Made by a program: the position numbers and the translations under genes. The notes under the pieces are model-generated. The model ran no database searches, was not told the origin of the DNA, and saw only the letters and a list, made by a program, of their open reading frames with translations. Shown here in pieces: positions 26,884 to 36,339 of a stretch of 64,000 nt of DNA; positions within the stretch are counted from its first letter, which is position 1, and each line of letters starts with the position of its first letter. This stretch comes from Nitrospinales bacterium (lineage in GTDB: Bacteria; Nitrospinota; Nitrospinia; Nitrospinales; VA-1): the NCBI GenBank assembly GCA_965223345.1, contig CBDCWG010000012.1:1152001-1216000 (forward strand), read 5' to 3'.

Positions 26884-28737
26884 TCAACCGGCGGAGTAGG
26901 CTTGCGGTGCGCGGGCCATGAGGTGCACCATGGAGCGGGCGCAACCCAGCAGGTCGGTCATCGAGAGGCTCTCGCCGGGTTCGTGCATGCGCGCCTCCGG
27001 ATCGTACGCGCCCAGGCACAGCGGCTGCACCTCTCCCAGAGCGTCCAGCAGCTTCGCCACAAACGGAATGGAGCCGCCGCAGCCGTACAGGCAGGCTTGG
27101 TGGCCAAAACCCGCTTCCAGGGAGGCCATCACTTCTGGAAACACCGGGTGGGTGATTGCGGTCATCCAGGGGGACGCGCCTTTGTCCGATCGCAGGATCA
27201 GCTCGAACCCCCGGGGTGTCTTTTCTTGCAGGTGCGCCTGCAGGTGCGCGGCCGCGTCCCGATCCCGATTGCCCGGAGCCAGGCGGATTTCGACGATCAT
27301 CTTCGCTTCGGGGTTTTCATACGTTTGTGCGTCGCCGCCGTTGGACACGAACAAAGGCTCGGTTCGGACGCGCGCGGGTGCGCTGGCGTCAAAAAAGCGG
27401 GCGATGTGGGGAGGCAGGGAGCCGTCTTCTGCAACCAGTTTGTCGATCAGGGCGGCGAGCTGCAATTCCGCCACTGGAAACGGACCGCCGTTGATGCCCG
27501 AGTGCGGCGACTTGCTGGACGCACGCAGAACGCAATCCACGGCCGTGCCGTCCGGACCGCAAGCGGCGATCTCGAGATTCAGCTTGAGGGAAAACCGGTT
27601 CCAGGCTTCGAAGGTGTTGGCCAGAGCCTGTTGGAGACCGGAAGGATCCTGGCAGGGAGAAAAATGCAGCCTGGCCCCGGCGGCCGCGAAAATGATGCTG
27701 CCGGAGATGCGGTTGCCCGGACGCACATTGACGAACGATTTTCGGAGCTGGGCCAACAGCACCGCTTCCACCGTTTCGGGCACGGTGCTGCGCACGCCGG
27801 GCAGCAGGCCCGCGGTTTCTTTCAACTGCTCCACGCTCGTGGGGACGCCGGCGTAACCCCGGGTCTCCTCCGGCGTCTCCGGGATGTCCGCGTTGCGGAT
27901 CGCCTCCACCGCGATCGAATGGTCTTCGCGGATCAGGGTCGCCATCAGTTTGTACAGCGCGGTCTGCGCGTCGATGCCGGCCGGTTGCGAATCCTGAGCA
28001 CGCAGCGAAGCTTCGATCTGAACGATGCCTCTCAGCGATGTGGTGAGTCCGGGCATGCCGGTCGCCGGATTGACGACATCGGTGATCACCACGCAGTCGG
28101 TGCCGGAAAAGAAATCCTTGTTTTCCTGAATCTGCTGGATGAGCGAGTGGGAACCGCATTCCTCTTCGGTTTCATAGATGACCTTGATGTTGCAGGGAAG
28201 GGCGTCGTTGTGCTGCGGCGAAAGATCGCCCGGTTTGAGACCCAGCGCGCCCAGCATCGCCTCGACGGCGATGCCGATGGACACCACGCCGCTCAGGTCG
28301 TCCGCAGCGCCCCGCCCGTAGGCGCGCGTGTGGCTTTCGTTCCAGGTCAGCTCGGTGGGCGGGATGCCGCCCCACTGCGCGAATGTGCCGTCGTCCATGT
28401 AGGGCTGCTTGTCCAGATGGGCGTAAAATAAAAGTGTGGGTTTGTCGGCGGCGGCCGGGATGCCTGCCATGAGGATCGGCGTCGAACCGGGTGGATCGGC
28501 GGGAGCCTCATTGATGCGGATGTGGGTGAAGCCGATGCCTTTCAGGTACTGTTCCGCGCAGTGCAAAATCTCCTGCATGTCGGTCGGGGTTTTGCGATCG
28601 CCCTCGAATTCGTTCACGTTGAAGCTGCGGCTGTCGATCTTCACCATTTGCGTGAGCACGTCCAGATGACGGCGGACGAGGTCGGTATCCGGCTGGATCT
28701 GCTCGCAGGCGTTTTTCACCCACTCGTTTGCGTTCAT
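26884..28737 (-). CDS. M20/M25/M40 family metallopeptidase (CNDP/Dug1-like), enlarged
   Basis: YAHLDKQP, YGRGAADD, ETEEECGS, ITD, GGSIPF, MHEPGE metal and catalytic motifs. Confidence 0.88.
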   Translation of the reverse strand: MNANEWVKNACEQIQPDTDLVRRHLDVLTQMVKIDSRSFNVNEFEGDRKTPTDMQEILHCAEQYLKGIGFTHIRINEAPADPPGSTPILMAGIPAAADKPTLLFYAHLDKQPYMDDGTFAQWGGIPPTELTWNESHTRAYGRGAADDLSGVVSIGIAVEAMLGALGLKPGDLSPQHNDALPCNIKVIYETEEECGSHSLIQQIQENKDFFSGTDCVVITDVVNPATGMPGLTTSLRGIVQIEASLRAQDSQPAGIDAQTALYKLMATLIREDHSIAVEAIRNADIPETPEETRGYAGVPTSVEQLKETAGLLPGVRSTVPETVEAVLLAQLRKSFVNVRPGNRISGSIIFAAAGARLHFSPCQDPSGLQQALANTFEAWNRFSLKLNLEIAACGPDGTAVDCVLRASSKSPHSGINGGPFPVAELQLAALIDKLVAEDGSLPPHIARFFDASAPARVRTEPLFVSNGGDAQTYENPEAKMIVEIRLAPGNRDRDAAAHLQAHLQEKTPRGFELILRSDKGASPWMTAITHPVFPEVMASLEAGFGHQACLYGCGGSIPFVAKLLDALGEVQPLCLGAYDPEARMHEPGESLSMTDLLGCARSMVHLMARAPQAYSAG

Positions 28738-28857
28738 GGTCGCGGTTCCCTTCTATTGAGGCTCTGTGGCGTGTGGGCGGGGCTCGCCCTTTCTTTACTT
28801 GTGGTGGTTCGCCGTATATTATAGGCCGTGGCGGCTGAGATGGAAGGTCCTTCCTGC

Positions 28858-29211
28858 ATGGCGGCCAAAACAACCGATGACCGGAACTTCCGGCAGCGTC
28901 CGGTTCACGATCGAAAACCCACGGCGACCCTCATGGTGCAACGGCTGGTCAATCTTTACAAGCTCACGCAGATCCTCAGAGAGCGGGGCAACTGGCAGCT
29001 CATCCGTCACTCCCGCAAGCAGCTCGAGGATTTCATCCTGTGCCGATCCGGTCTCAATAAAAAGTCCTGGCTCGGTGGGCTGTTGCACTGGTTTCGCATG
29101 CTCAAGGGACTCGATGTGCTCATCTGGCGGCTGGAAACGTTCGGGTTCCTGTTTGAAGAAGGGCTAGCGGAAGAGGACAAAAAACGCCTGAACCGCTCTC
29201 TTCCGCAATGA
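28858..29211 (+). CDS. Hypothetical protein (117 aa, basic)
   Basis: ORF with host-like codon usage filling the gap between M20 and GT-C genes; ATG 28858 after GGAAGG; no recognisable motif. Confidence 0.6.
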   Translation: MAAKTTDDRNFRQRPVHDRKPTATLMVQRLVNLYKLTQILRERGNWQLIRHSRKQLEDFILCRSGLNKKSWLGGLLHWFRMLKGLDVLIWRLETFGFLFEEGLAEEDKKRLNRSLPQ

Positions 29212-29242
29212 ACCCTCTCCGCATCGATTTCACCTCCATATC

Positions 29243-30718
29243 TTGATTCCCACACTGAAAGACAAAACATTCCAGTGGCTGTTTCTGGTGTTGTGCACCG
29301 GGCTCATCCTGTTGGGCCGGCAGCTCGACGTGGGTCTGCCCAACTTCGACGACGCCTACTACGCGCAGAAGGCCAAAGAGATGGCGGCGTCGGGAAACCT
29401 CTGGGTGGTGACGCACAACGGCGAACCGGATTTTGCCAACCCGCCGTTTCCTTTCTGGATGACGGCGCTGGCGTTCAAGCTGTTCGGCGTTTCGGGGTAC
29501 GCCGCGGTGTTGTTCCCGGCGCTGTTCGGGCTCGCGACGGTGCTGCTGACCTACGCGTTGTGCCGGTTGCTTTATGAAGACAACTGGACGGCGTTTTTCG
29601 CGGCGTTCGTGCTGATCTTTCCGGGCATGTTCATGGATGCGGCGCGCCGGGCGATGGTGGATGTGACGCTTGCGTTCTGCGTGACCGGAGCGATGTTTTT
29701 TTTCTTCAAAGCAACGCGGGACCGGCGGTTTTATCTGCTCTACGGATTGATGACGGCGCTGGCCATCCTGACCAAGAGCGTGCTCGGCCTGTTTCCCCTG
29801 ATGGTGGGCGGTGTCGTTTTGCTCTTGAGCAAACGGTTCAAGCAACTGTTCGATCCGTATTTTTTATGCGGCGCGGCGCTGGCATTGGGCCTGGGTTTCA
29901 GCTGGCACATGGTGAACGGGGCGCTGTTCGGCGCGGCGTTTTTCGACACGCATTTCGGTGTGCTCATTTTCAACCGCGGATTCGAAACCCAGGCGCCGCC
30001 GTTTTATTTTCTCGGCTACGCGCAGGATTTTCTCAAAAACTACTGGCCGTGGCTGCCGCTGGCGCTGATCGGTTTGTGGAAATTCGGCAGGCGGGCTTTT
30101 GCTGACAAGGATTTCAACAGCCTCGCGATTCTGGTGTGGATCGTACTGGTTTACGCGGTGATGAGCACCAGCACCAACCAGACGCTGCGCTACCTATTCA
30201 TGATCTTTCCGCCGCTTGCGATCTTGATCGCCAAAACGCTTGCGGACTGGCTTTCCGAAACCACCCGCGAGCGGCTTTGGCCGTCGATGGCGGGCGTGGT
30301 GCTGGTGACGGTCGTCTTTGTGAACGCCACGCCTTTGCAGGTCAAGGTGAGCCTGTCGCCCAACAGCGTCGAGGTGCGGCAGCTTGCGGCGGTGATCTAT
30401 TTGAACACGCCTTCCGATCAGCGGATCGGCAATTACCGGCTTTCCGCGCACAACCCGCGGCAGGCGATGCTGTTTTATGCGGACCGGTATCTCGACGATC
30501 CTGTGAGAGACCCGGACACGCTGCTCGAACGGCTGGAAGAAGCGTCCCCCGTCACCTGGCTGACCTCGATCGAGGAATTTCGCAAACTCACCCGAAGCCA
30601 CCCCGGACGTTTTTACCTGATTCAGGGCAACCGCAAATACGCGTATTTCACTTCCGAAGCGCAAAGGGATAGGGTCCGCTACGATTTTTCCGGGATGACC
30701 CTGCCGCACATTCGCTGA
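29243..30718 (+). CDS. ArnT/PMT-like (GT-C fold, GT83/GT39) glycosyltransferase
   Basis: FDDAYYAQKAKEM, NPPFPFW, ARRAMVD, ILTKS, RYLFMIFPPLAIL; multi-TM. Confidence 0.88.
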   Translation: MIPTLKDKTFQWLFLVLCTGLILLGRQLDVGLPNFDDAYYAQKAKEMAASGNLWVVTHNGEPDFANPPFPFWMTALAFKLFGVSGYAAVLFPALFGLATVLLTYALCRLLYEDNWTAFFAAFVLIFPGMFMDAARRAMVDVTLAFCVTGAMFFFFKATRDRRFYLLYGLMTALAILTKSVLGLFPLMVGGVVLLLSKRFKQLFDPYFLCGAALALGLGFSWHMVNGALFGAAFFDTHFGVLIFNRGFETQAPPFYFLGYAQDFLKNYWPWLPLALIGLWKFGRRAFADKDFNSLAILVWIVLVYAVMSTSTNQTLRYLFMIFPPLAILIAKTLADWLSETTRERLWPSMAGVVLVTVVFVNATPLQVKVSLSPNSVEVRQLAAVIYLNTPSDQRIGNYRLSAHNPRQAMLFYADRYLDDPVRDPDTLLERLEEASPVTWLTSIEEFRKLTRSHPGRFYLIQGNRKYAYFTSEAQRDRVRYDFSGMTLPHIR

Positions 30719-30727
30719 GAGCGTCTC

Positions 30728-32464
30728 TCACCGGTTGGTGAACAGGTGGACGGTTTCCACGAAATCGGGCGACTGCAAATCGAGCTTCTTCTGCCACATC
30801 TCCTTGAGCTCCTGCCATTTCACCCGGCGTTTTTTCCAGATGGAATCGGAGGTTTGCAGTTGCAGGGACAGCTCGTGAAACTGGCTTTGCCAGTCCTCAT
30901 CGCGCATCACCAGGTACACGGTGTCTTCGGTGTTGAGGAAATCACGCAGGTCTTCCGGGGTGAAGATGTATTTTGCCGGATGCCCGGTCAAGACGCCGAT
31001 TCTCGCCTGGTGGCTGCCGAGGCGGTAGACGCCGATGCGCTCGCTCCCCTCAGCGCTTTGCTGAATGGTGCTGGCGAAGGTTTTCATGGGATAGCGGTTG
31101 AAATAGGGCAGCGCCTCACCGTGAATGAGCCCGAAAGTCAGGATCTGCAGGGTGGCCAGGGTGAGAATCAGGGGGGTCTTTTTCCTGAACAGGTGCATCA
31201 CAAACACCACCACGATGCCGGTGGCCAGAAACAGCGGCGTGAAATGGACGTTGAAGGGAACCGGCTGAAAGGAGTTGAACAGGATCACCGCCGCTCCCAG
31301 AGCCACCGTGATCAGCAGGTAGAGACAAAGAGTGAGGTAGAACGGAATCTGGAAAACGGCACTTCGGAAACCGCGCGGGGATTGCATGAGGGCGACCCAG
31401 AAATGCGCCAGCAGCATCACGATGGCGGGGGAGGCGGGCAGCAGATAGCGGCTGTGCTCGATGCGAAACACGGTGAACATGAGCAGCGGAACCGCGATCC
31501 AGAGTGCGCAGAGCAACGGGGCGTAGGGCTGCGATGCGGCGGCCTCTGCGGTTTCGGTTTCGGCGGGCCGGTTGCGTTCGCGCCAGGATGTATTGCGAAA
31601 ATAAAAACCCAGCGAAAAAATCAGAAACAGCGACCAGGGCAGGTAATAACGCAGCAGGACGCCGAAGTAGTAGGCGCTGAACGGCACCTGATGAAAGATC
31701 CGGTCTTTGATCTCCGGACCCAGAATATGGTTGATGAACTCCTCGCCGTGCAGCGCGGCCATCGCGACAAACCAGGGCGCGTCCACGAACAGCATGAGGA
31801 CGATGCCCGTGCCCAGCCGCATCTGGCGCAGCATGTTGCCGTCGCGACGCAGCAGCAGAAATGCCAGCACCACCAGGGCCGGTATCAGAATCGCAGGCGG
31901 GCCTTTGATCAAAAACCCCACCGCCATCGACAAATAGAACAGATACAGGTTAGCGGCGCGCCACGTTTCCTGCTGGTAGGCCCTCACGAAGAAAAAAAGC
32001 GCGCAGAGGATGAAAAAACTCAGCGCCATGTCGGTGGTGGCCCAGCGCGCGATCTGAAAGTGCATGAAGCAGGCCGGCAAGAGGAACGCGCTGATGAGAG
32101 CCGCCTCGCGTGCGAACAGCCTGCGCGCGAGGTAGAACGTGAGCGGCACGCACAGGGTGCCGAACAGCACCGGCCAGAGCCGCGCCGCAGAGAGGCTGAT
32201 ACCGAACACCTTGTACGCGAGCGCGACGAGCCAGTAAAACAGAATCGGCTTGGCAAAGCGTTTTTCGTCGTGATACATGGGCGTGACGTAGTCGCCCGTT
32301 TGCAGCATGTTTTTTGCGGTGAGAACGTAAAAGTTCTCATCGGTGTGGTACGGCGGCACCTCGCCCAACCCGTGCAACAGGGAGAAAAAGACACCGGCCG
32401 TCAGCAGACCGAGAATGAGATGGTCCTTGATGCGCTGCGTTAGAGAGCCCAGAGGGTTGTGCAT
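30728..32464 (-). CDS. ArnT-like GT-C glycosyltransferase
   Basis: TDENFY, RFAKPILFYW, ARWATTDM, FLIKGP, RYLLPASPA; ATG 32464 preferred. Confidence 0.88.
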   Translation of the reverse strand: MHNPLGSLTQRIKDHLILGLLTAGVFFSLLHGLGEVPPYHTDENFYVLTAKNMLQTGDYVTPMYHDEKRFAKPILFYWLVALAYKVFGISLSAARLWPVLFGTLCVPLTFYLARRLFAREAALISAFLLPACFMHFQIARWATTDMALSFFILCALFFFVRAYQQETWRAANLYLFYLSMAVGFLIKGPPAILIPALVVLAFLLLRRDGNMLRQMRLGTGIVLMLFVDAPWFVAMAALHGEEFINHILGPEIKDRIFHQVPFSAYYFGVLLRYYLPWSLFLIFSLGFYFRNTSWRERNRPAETETAEAAASQPYAPLLCALWIAVPLLMFTVFRIEHSRYLLPASPAIVMLLAHFWVALMQSPRGFRSAVFQIPFYLTLCLYLLITVALGAAVILFNSFQPVPFNVHFTPLFLATGIVVVFVMHLFRKKTPLILTLATLQILTFGLIHGEALPYFNRYPMKTFASTIQQSAEGSERIGVYRLGSHQARIGVLTGHPAKYIFTPEDLRDFLNTEDTVYLVMRDEDWQSQFHELSLQLQTSDSIWKKRRVKWQELKEMWQKKLDLQSPDFVETVHLFTNR

Positions 32465-32711
32465 GCGGGTTGTTTGGGTAGAGAGAGGAAACCGGATTTC
32501 AGGCGGATAAAGGAAAAATGCCAGTGCATTATACACGTTTTAAAACTATCCAGATGCAAATTTTAGGGGGAGACTTTATAATCCACCGGTACCGAAACCC
32601 GATCCATCGCAGACCTTCACACCCGATCCGCGAGGCGTGATTTGAACCCCGAGTCGGGGAGCCATCCCAGGCTTTATTTGATCGAAGCAACTTTGAACGT
32701 CAACGAACCGC

Positions 32712-35120
32712 ATGGTCCAGGACCCCGAACCCGATTCTGAAAATCACGTGCCTTCCCAAACCCGGACGGAATCGCGAACGCCCTATCTGGTGCTCGCTGC
32801 GATCATCCTCTGGACATTCGGCTGCAATCTCATCTGGACGATTCTGGATGAACAGCCTCCCTCCTGGGATCAGGCGGCGCACCTGCGCATCGCTTTAAAA
32901 TACGCATCGGTGTTTTCATCGGGGTCGGAGCGGATGTGGCTCGACCTGTTGAGCGTCGAATCGTTCTACCCGCCGGTCTACCATCTGTCGCTGCTCCCCG
33001 TGTTCGCCGTGTTCGGATTTGCCGCCGACAACGCGGTGATCGTGAATTCATTTTTTCTCGCCGTGACACTGCTGGCGATCTACGGCATCGGCCGCAGGCT
33101 CTACGACCGCAACGTCGGCCTGCTTGCGGCGTTTTTATTCGCGTGCTACCCGTTTCCTGCCTACAGCGCCCGGCAGTGCATGATCGGGATCACGCTGACC
33201 GCTGTGGTGACGCTTTCCTATTATCTTTTTCTGCGTTCGAACCATTTCGAGGACAGAAAGTTTTCGGTTTTGTTCGCGCTCAGCTACGCTGTGGGGTTGA
33301 TGGTGAAGTGGACGTTTTTCCTTTACCTGCTGCCGGCGGTGATTCTGGGCCTCTGGGGGTGGGCGCACCGCAGCCTCGCCGCGCACGCCGGGCTTTGGCT
33401 GTACTATTTGGGACTGATCCTGGCGACGATGGTTTTCCCGTTTCTGCTTTTTATCCTGTCGCAGGGAAAGAGTATCGTGCTGTTGCTGGAGGCGGGGCTG
33501 GTCTTCGCGCTGGTGCGGTATTTCCCCCGGGTCGGGCTTTCGGCCTCCAAGCTGATCCACATTCTCACCCTGACCCTGGTGTCGCTTTGGGTCTGCTTCC
33601 CCTGGTACGCGCACAATCTGGCGAAAATGGCCAAGGGCATGTCCAAGTTCGGATTCCCCGACACGGTTCTCAAGGGCGACATGGAGTGGAACCTGCCGAT
33701 CTGGGGGTATTACCTGGAGGCGGCCGGACGCCAGATGGGCATGCCGTTTTTTTTGCTGTTTGTGGTGGGGGCGATCGCTTTTGTGCTGCGGAAAAAACAC
33801 TTCAACGGCATGCTGTTCGGCTGGATGGCGTTTTCCCTGATCGCGTTCACCCTGATCAACAACAAGGGCGTGCGCTACACGATGCCCATTCTGCCCGCAG
33901 CGGCCCTGGTGTCGGCGCTGTTCCTGTTGCGGATCGAGAGCGTGAAACTTCGCCGCGCCGCGCTGGCGGCGGGGATCGTCCTCGGCCTGTTCACCTACGT
34001 TTACACCGGATTCTTGCCGGGCGCTGCGAAGATGCCGGTATTGGGAGGACCGGCGCTGGGTTTTAAAGTGCTTCCCGTTGCGGAGCGCTGGCAGATCGAC
34101 TCGATTCTGGATGACATCCTGGAGGCGGCTTCGCCGCAACCGGGAGAAACCGTCACCGTGCGGACGCTCACCAATCATCCCTGGTTTCACCGCGGTGCGT
34201 TTCGCGATGCGGCGGAAATCCGCGGGCTTCCTGTGGTGGTGAAAAGCGTCAAGCGCAACCTGGGAGAGCTGACGGATTTTTTCATCACCAAAAATGAGAG
34301 TGAAGCCGGCGAATCGGGAATCGGGCAGATCCATCCCAAGCGCGACCGGCTGCTTTCCGATCCGGTGTTGCTGAACACCTTCATGTTGTTCAAACGCTAT
34401 CCGCTTCCCAACCGGGCGCAGGCGCTGGTTCTGCGGCGCCACGTTGTGCCGGCGACCGGCATCGAAGGCGCGCTGCGGCTGGAAGAGGTGGAACGGCGGT
34501 TTGCGGGTGCGCTATCGGAATACCCCATCTACGGCGTGGAGGAGGCGGTCAATCCGTCCGTGCGCATCGTCCCCACCGAACGGCCCGAGGACCTTGCGCT
34601 CGGGCGCTACCGCAGCATCACGTTTCGCGCCGACTCCGCGCTTTCCAACAAGGTGCGCATCGAGGACATCGAACTCACCTTCGAAGACGTGCAGATCAGC
34701 CTGTACGAGCTGTTTCAAAATGGCAAACTGATCCTGTTTGAAATCGGAAAATTGTTCCCCAAAGGCACGGTGCATTTTGATTTTTTGGAAGCGCTTGCCG
34801 AAAAGGAAATGAAGGGCCGCGGTGCGGCGCGGCTGCAAGGCGAGGGCGATCGCCTCTACCTGAGCGCCTGGCACGAAGTCCCCTGGGGCAAGGTGGAGGG
34901 GAGGGTCTCGGTGCGCATCGAATTTCAGCCGGGGTCCCACATCCGGCCGGTGGTCGAGTCGGTGGTATTGGGTCCTGTGGCTCTCAAGGAAATATTTTAC
35001 CGCCGCATCGTGGATGAGAAAATCGCGCTCACGCCGACACCGGGCTGGCCGTTGACGACGGACATCCGGACCCTAAAAATCCATCCGCGCAAACTTGAAA
35101 TCAACCCGGATGCCTCCTGA
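32712..35120 (+). CDS. GT-C (PMT/ArnT-like) glycosyltransferase with long C-terminal soluble extension
   Basis: PPSWDQAAH, FYPPVYH, GLMVKWTF, PWY, NKGVRYTMPILP; ~360 aa hydrophilic C-terminal region. Confidence 0.82.
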   Translation: MVQDPEPDSENHVPSQTRTESRTPYLVLAAIILWTFGCNLIWTILDEQPPSWDQAAHLRIALKYASVFSSGSERMWLDLLSVESFYPPVYHLSLLPVFAVFGFAADNAVIVNSFFLAVTLLAIYGIGRRLYDRNVGLLAAFLFACYPFPAYSARQCMIGITLTAVVTLSYYLFLRSNHFEDRKFSVLFALSYAVGLMVKWTFFLYLLPAVILGLWGWAHRSLAAHAGLWLYYLGLILATMVFPFLLFILSQGKSIVLLLEAGLVFALVRYFPRVGLSASKLIHILTLTLVSLWVCFPWYAHNLAKMAKGMSKFGFPDTVLKGDMEWNLPIWGYYLEAAGRQMGMPFFLLFVVGAIAFVLRKKHFNGMLFGWMAFSLIAFTLINNKGVRYTMPILPAAALVSALFLLRIESVKLRRAALAAGIVLGLFTYVYTGFLPGAAKMPVLGGPALGFKVLPVAERWQIDSILDDILEAASPQPGETVTVRTLTNHPWFHRGAFRDAAEIRGLPVVVKSVKRNLGELTDFFITKNESEAGESGIGQIHPKRDRLLSDPVLLNTFMLFKRYPLPNRAQALVLRRHVVPATGIEGALRLEEVERRFAGALSEYPIYGVEEAVNPSVRIVPTERPEDLALGRYRSITFRADSALSNKVRIEDIELTFEDVQISLYELFQNGKLILFEIGKLFPKGTVHFDFLEALAEKEMKGRGAARLQGEGDRLYLSAWHEVPWGKVEGRVSVRIEFQPGSHIRPVVESVVLGPVALKEIFYRRIVDEKIALTPTPGWPLTTDIRTLKIHPRKLEINPDAS

Positions 35121-35126
35121 CCGATC

Positions 35127-36266
35127 GTGAAAATTTCCTTTCTCTGTTTCGATCTTTCCGACAATTCCCTGGGGCGGGCGGCGCTGTTGGCCGGGGCGCT
35201 GGCGGCGCACCACACGGTGGAGCTTGTGGGGCCTGCAAAAAAAGGGGAGATCTGGTATCCTCTGCGGGATCTCAATATCAAGACCCGGATCTACCCGTGG
35301 AAGCGCTATCCGGCGTTTGTGCCGACGGTGCGGCGGATGGTCAAGGATCTGGATGCCGACCTGGTGTTCGCCTGCAAGCTGCGGCCCACGAGTTTCGGAA
35401 TCGGCCTGCTCAAAAAATGGATTCACAAAACGCCGCTGCTCGTGGACATCGATGACTGGGAGCTGGGTTTTTTCTACCACACGGATTTCTGGGGCAAGCT
35501 GGGCCGGTTTCTGAACCTGTCGAATCCCAACGGGCTGCCCTACACCTGGCTGATGGAGCGGCTGGTGTCCTTTGCGGATGGCGTTTGCGTGAGCAACCGC
35601 TATCTGGAAAACCGGTTTGCCGGAACCCTGCTGTACCATTGCCGCGACACGACCGTGCTCGATCCTGAGCGGTACGATGCCGATGCGGCCAGGCGGGAAC
35701 TGGGCCTGACGGGAAAACAGGTCGTGATGTTTCTCGGCACGCCGCGGGCGCACAAGGGAGTGGACGATCTGGTGCGGGCGGTGGAGGCTCTCGACGATCC
35801 GTTGGCGCGGCTGGTGCTGGTGGGCGCCGATGAAAACGACAAGGCGCGGATTTTAGCGCGGGGCGGGGACGAAGAACGGGTGGTGTTTGTTCCACGCATC
35901 CCGTTCGCAAAACTGGGCGATCACCTTGCGGCGGCGGACGTGGTGGTGATTCCGCAGCGGCGCACCACCGATACGGTGGGGCAGATGCCCGCCAAGATCT
36001 TCGATGCGATGGCGATGGCGCGGCCGATCGTCTCCACGCGGGTGTCGGACATTCCGGAAGTGCTGGACGACTGCGGCCACCTGGTGGAGCCGGGCGACAT
36101 CGAGGGGTTGACCGCTGCGATCCGGCGCGTGCTGTCGCATCCTAAAGAGGCCGAAGAAATGGGTGCGCGGGCGCGGCGACGTTGCCAGGATCTTTACGAT
36201 ACCAGACGGCTGACGACGCAACTCAACGAGCTGGTGTCTGCCACGGTCGCTCGCGCGCGGCCCTGA
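35127..36266 (+). CDS. Glycosyltransferase family 4
   Basis: FLGTPRAHKGVDDL, AADVVVIPQ, PAKIFDAMAMARPIVST, VEPGDIEGL. Confidence 0.9.
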   Translation: MKISFLCFDLSDNSLGRAALLAGALAAHHTVELVGPAKKGEIWYPLRDLNIKTRIYPWKRYPAFVPTVRRMVKDLDADLVFACKLRPTSFGIGLLKKWIHKTPLLVDIDDWELGFFYHTDFWGKLGRFLNLSNPNGLPYTWLMERLVSFADGVCVSNRYLENRFAGTLLYHCRDTTVLDPERYDADAARRELGLTGKQVVMFLGTPRAHKGVDDLVRAVEALDDPLARLVLVGADENDKARILARGGDEERVVFVPRIPFAKLGDHLAAADVVVIPQRRTTDTVGQMPAKIFDAMAMARPIVSTRVSDIPEVLDDCGHLVEPGDIEGLTAAIRRVLSHPKEAEEMGARARRRCQDLYDTRRLTTQLNELVSATVARARP

Positions 36267-36339
36267 CGCCGCGCGGGAAAGCCGGATACGCGATCGCGGG
36301 CGTTTTTGCGGATGATGCAGGAAACAACGAGGATGAACC

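Noticed and set aside
32581..32711. Possible 6S-like or other ncRNA between divergent GT-C genes (TTGAACCCCGAGTCGGGG hairpin)
   Set aside because: Only a short stem; region too small and lacks the long rod with central bubble; more simply a divergent promoter region.
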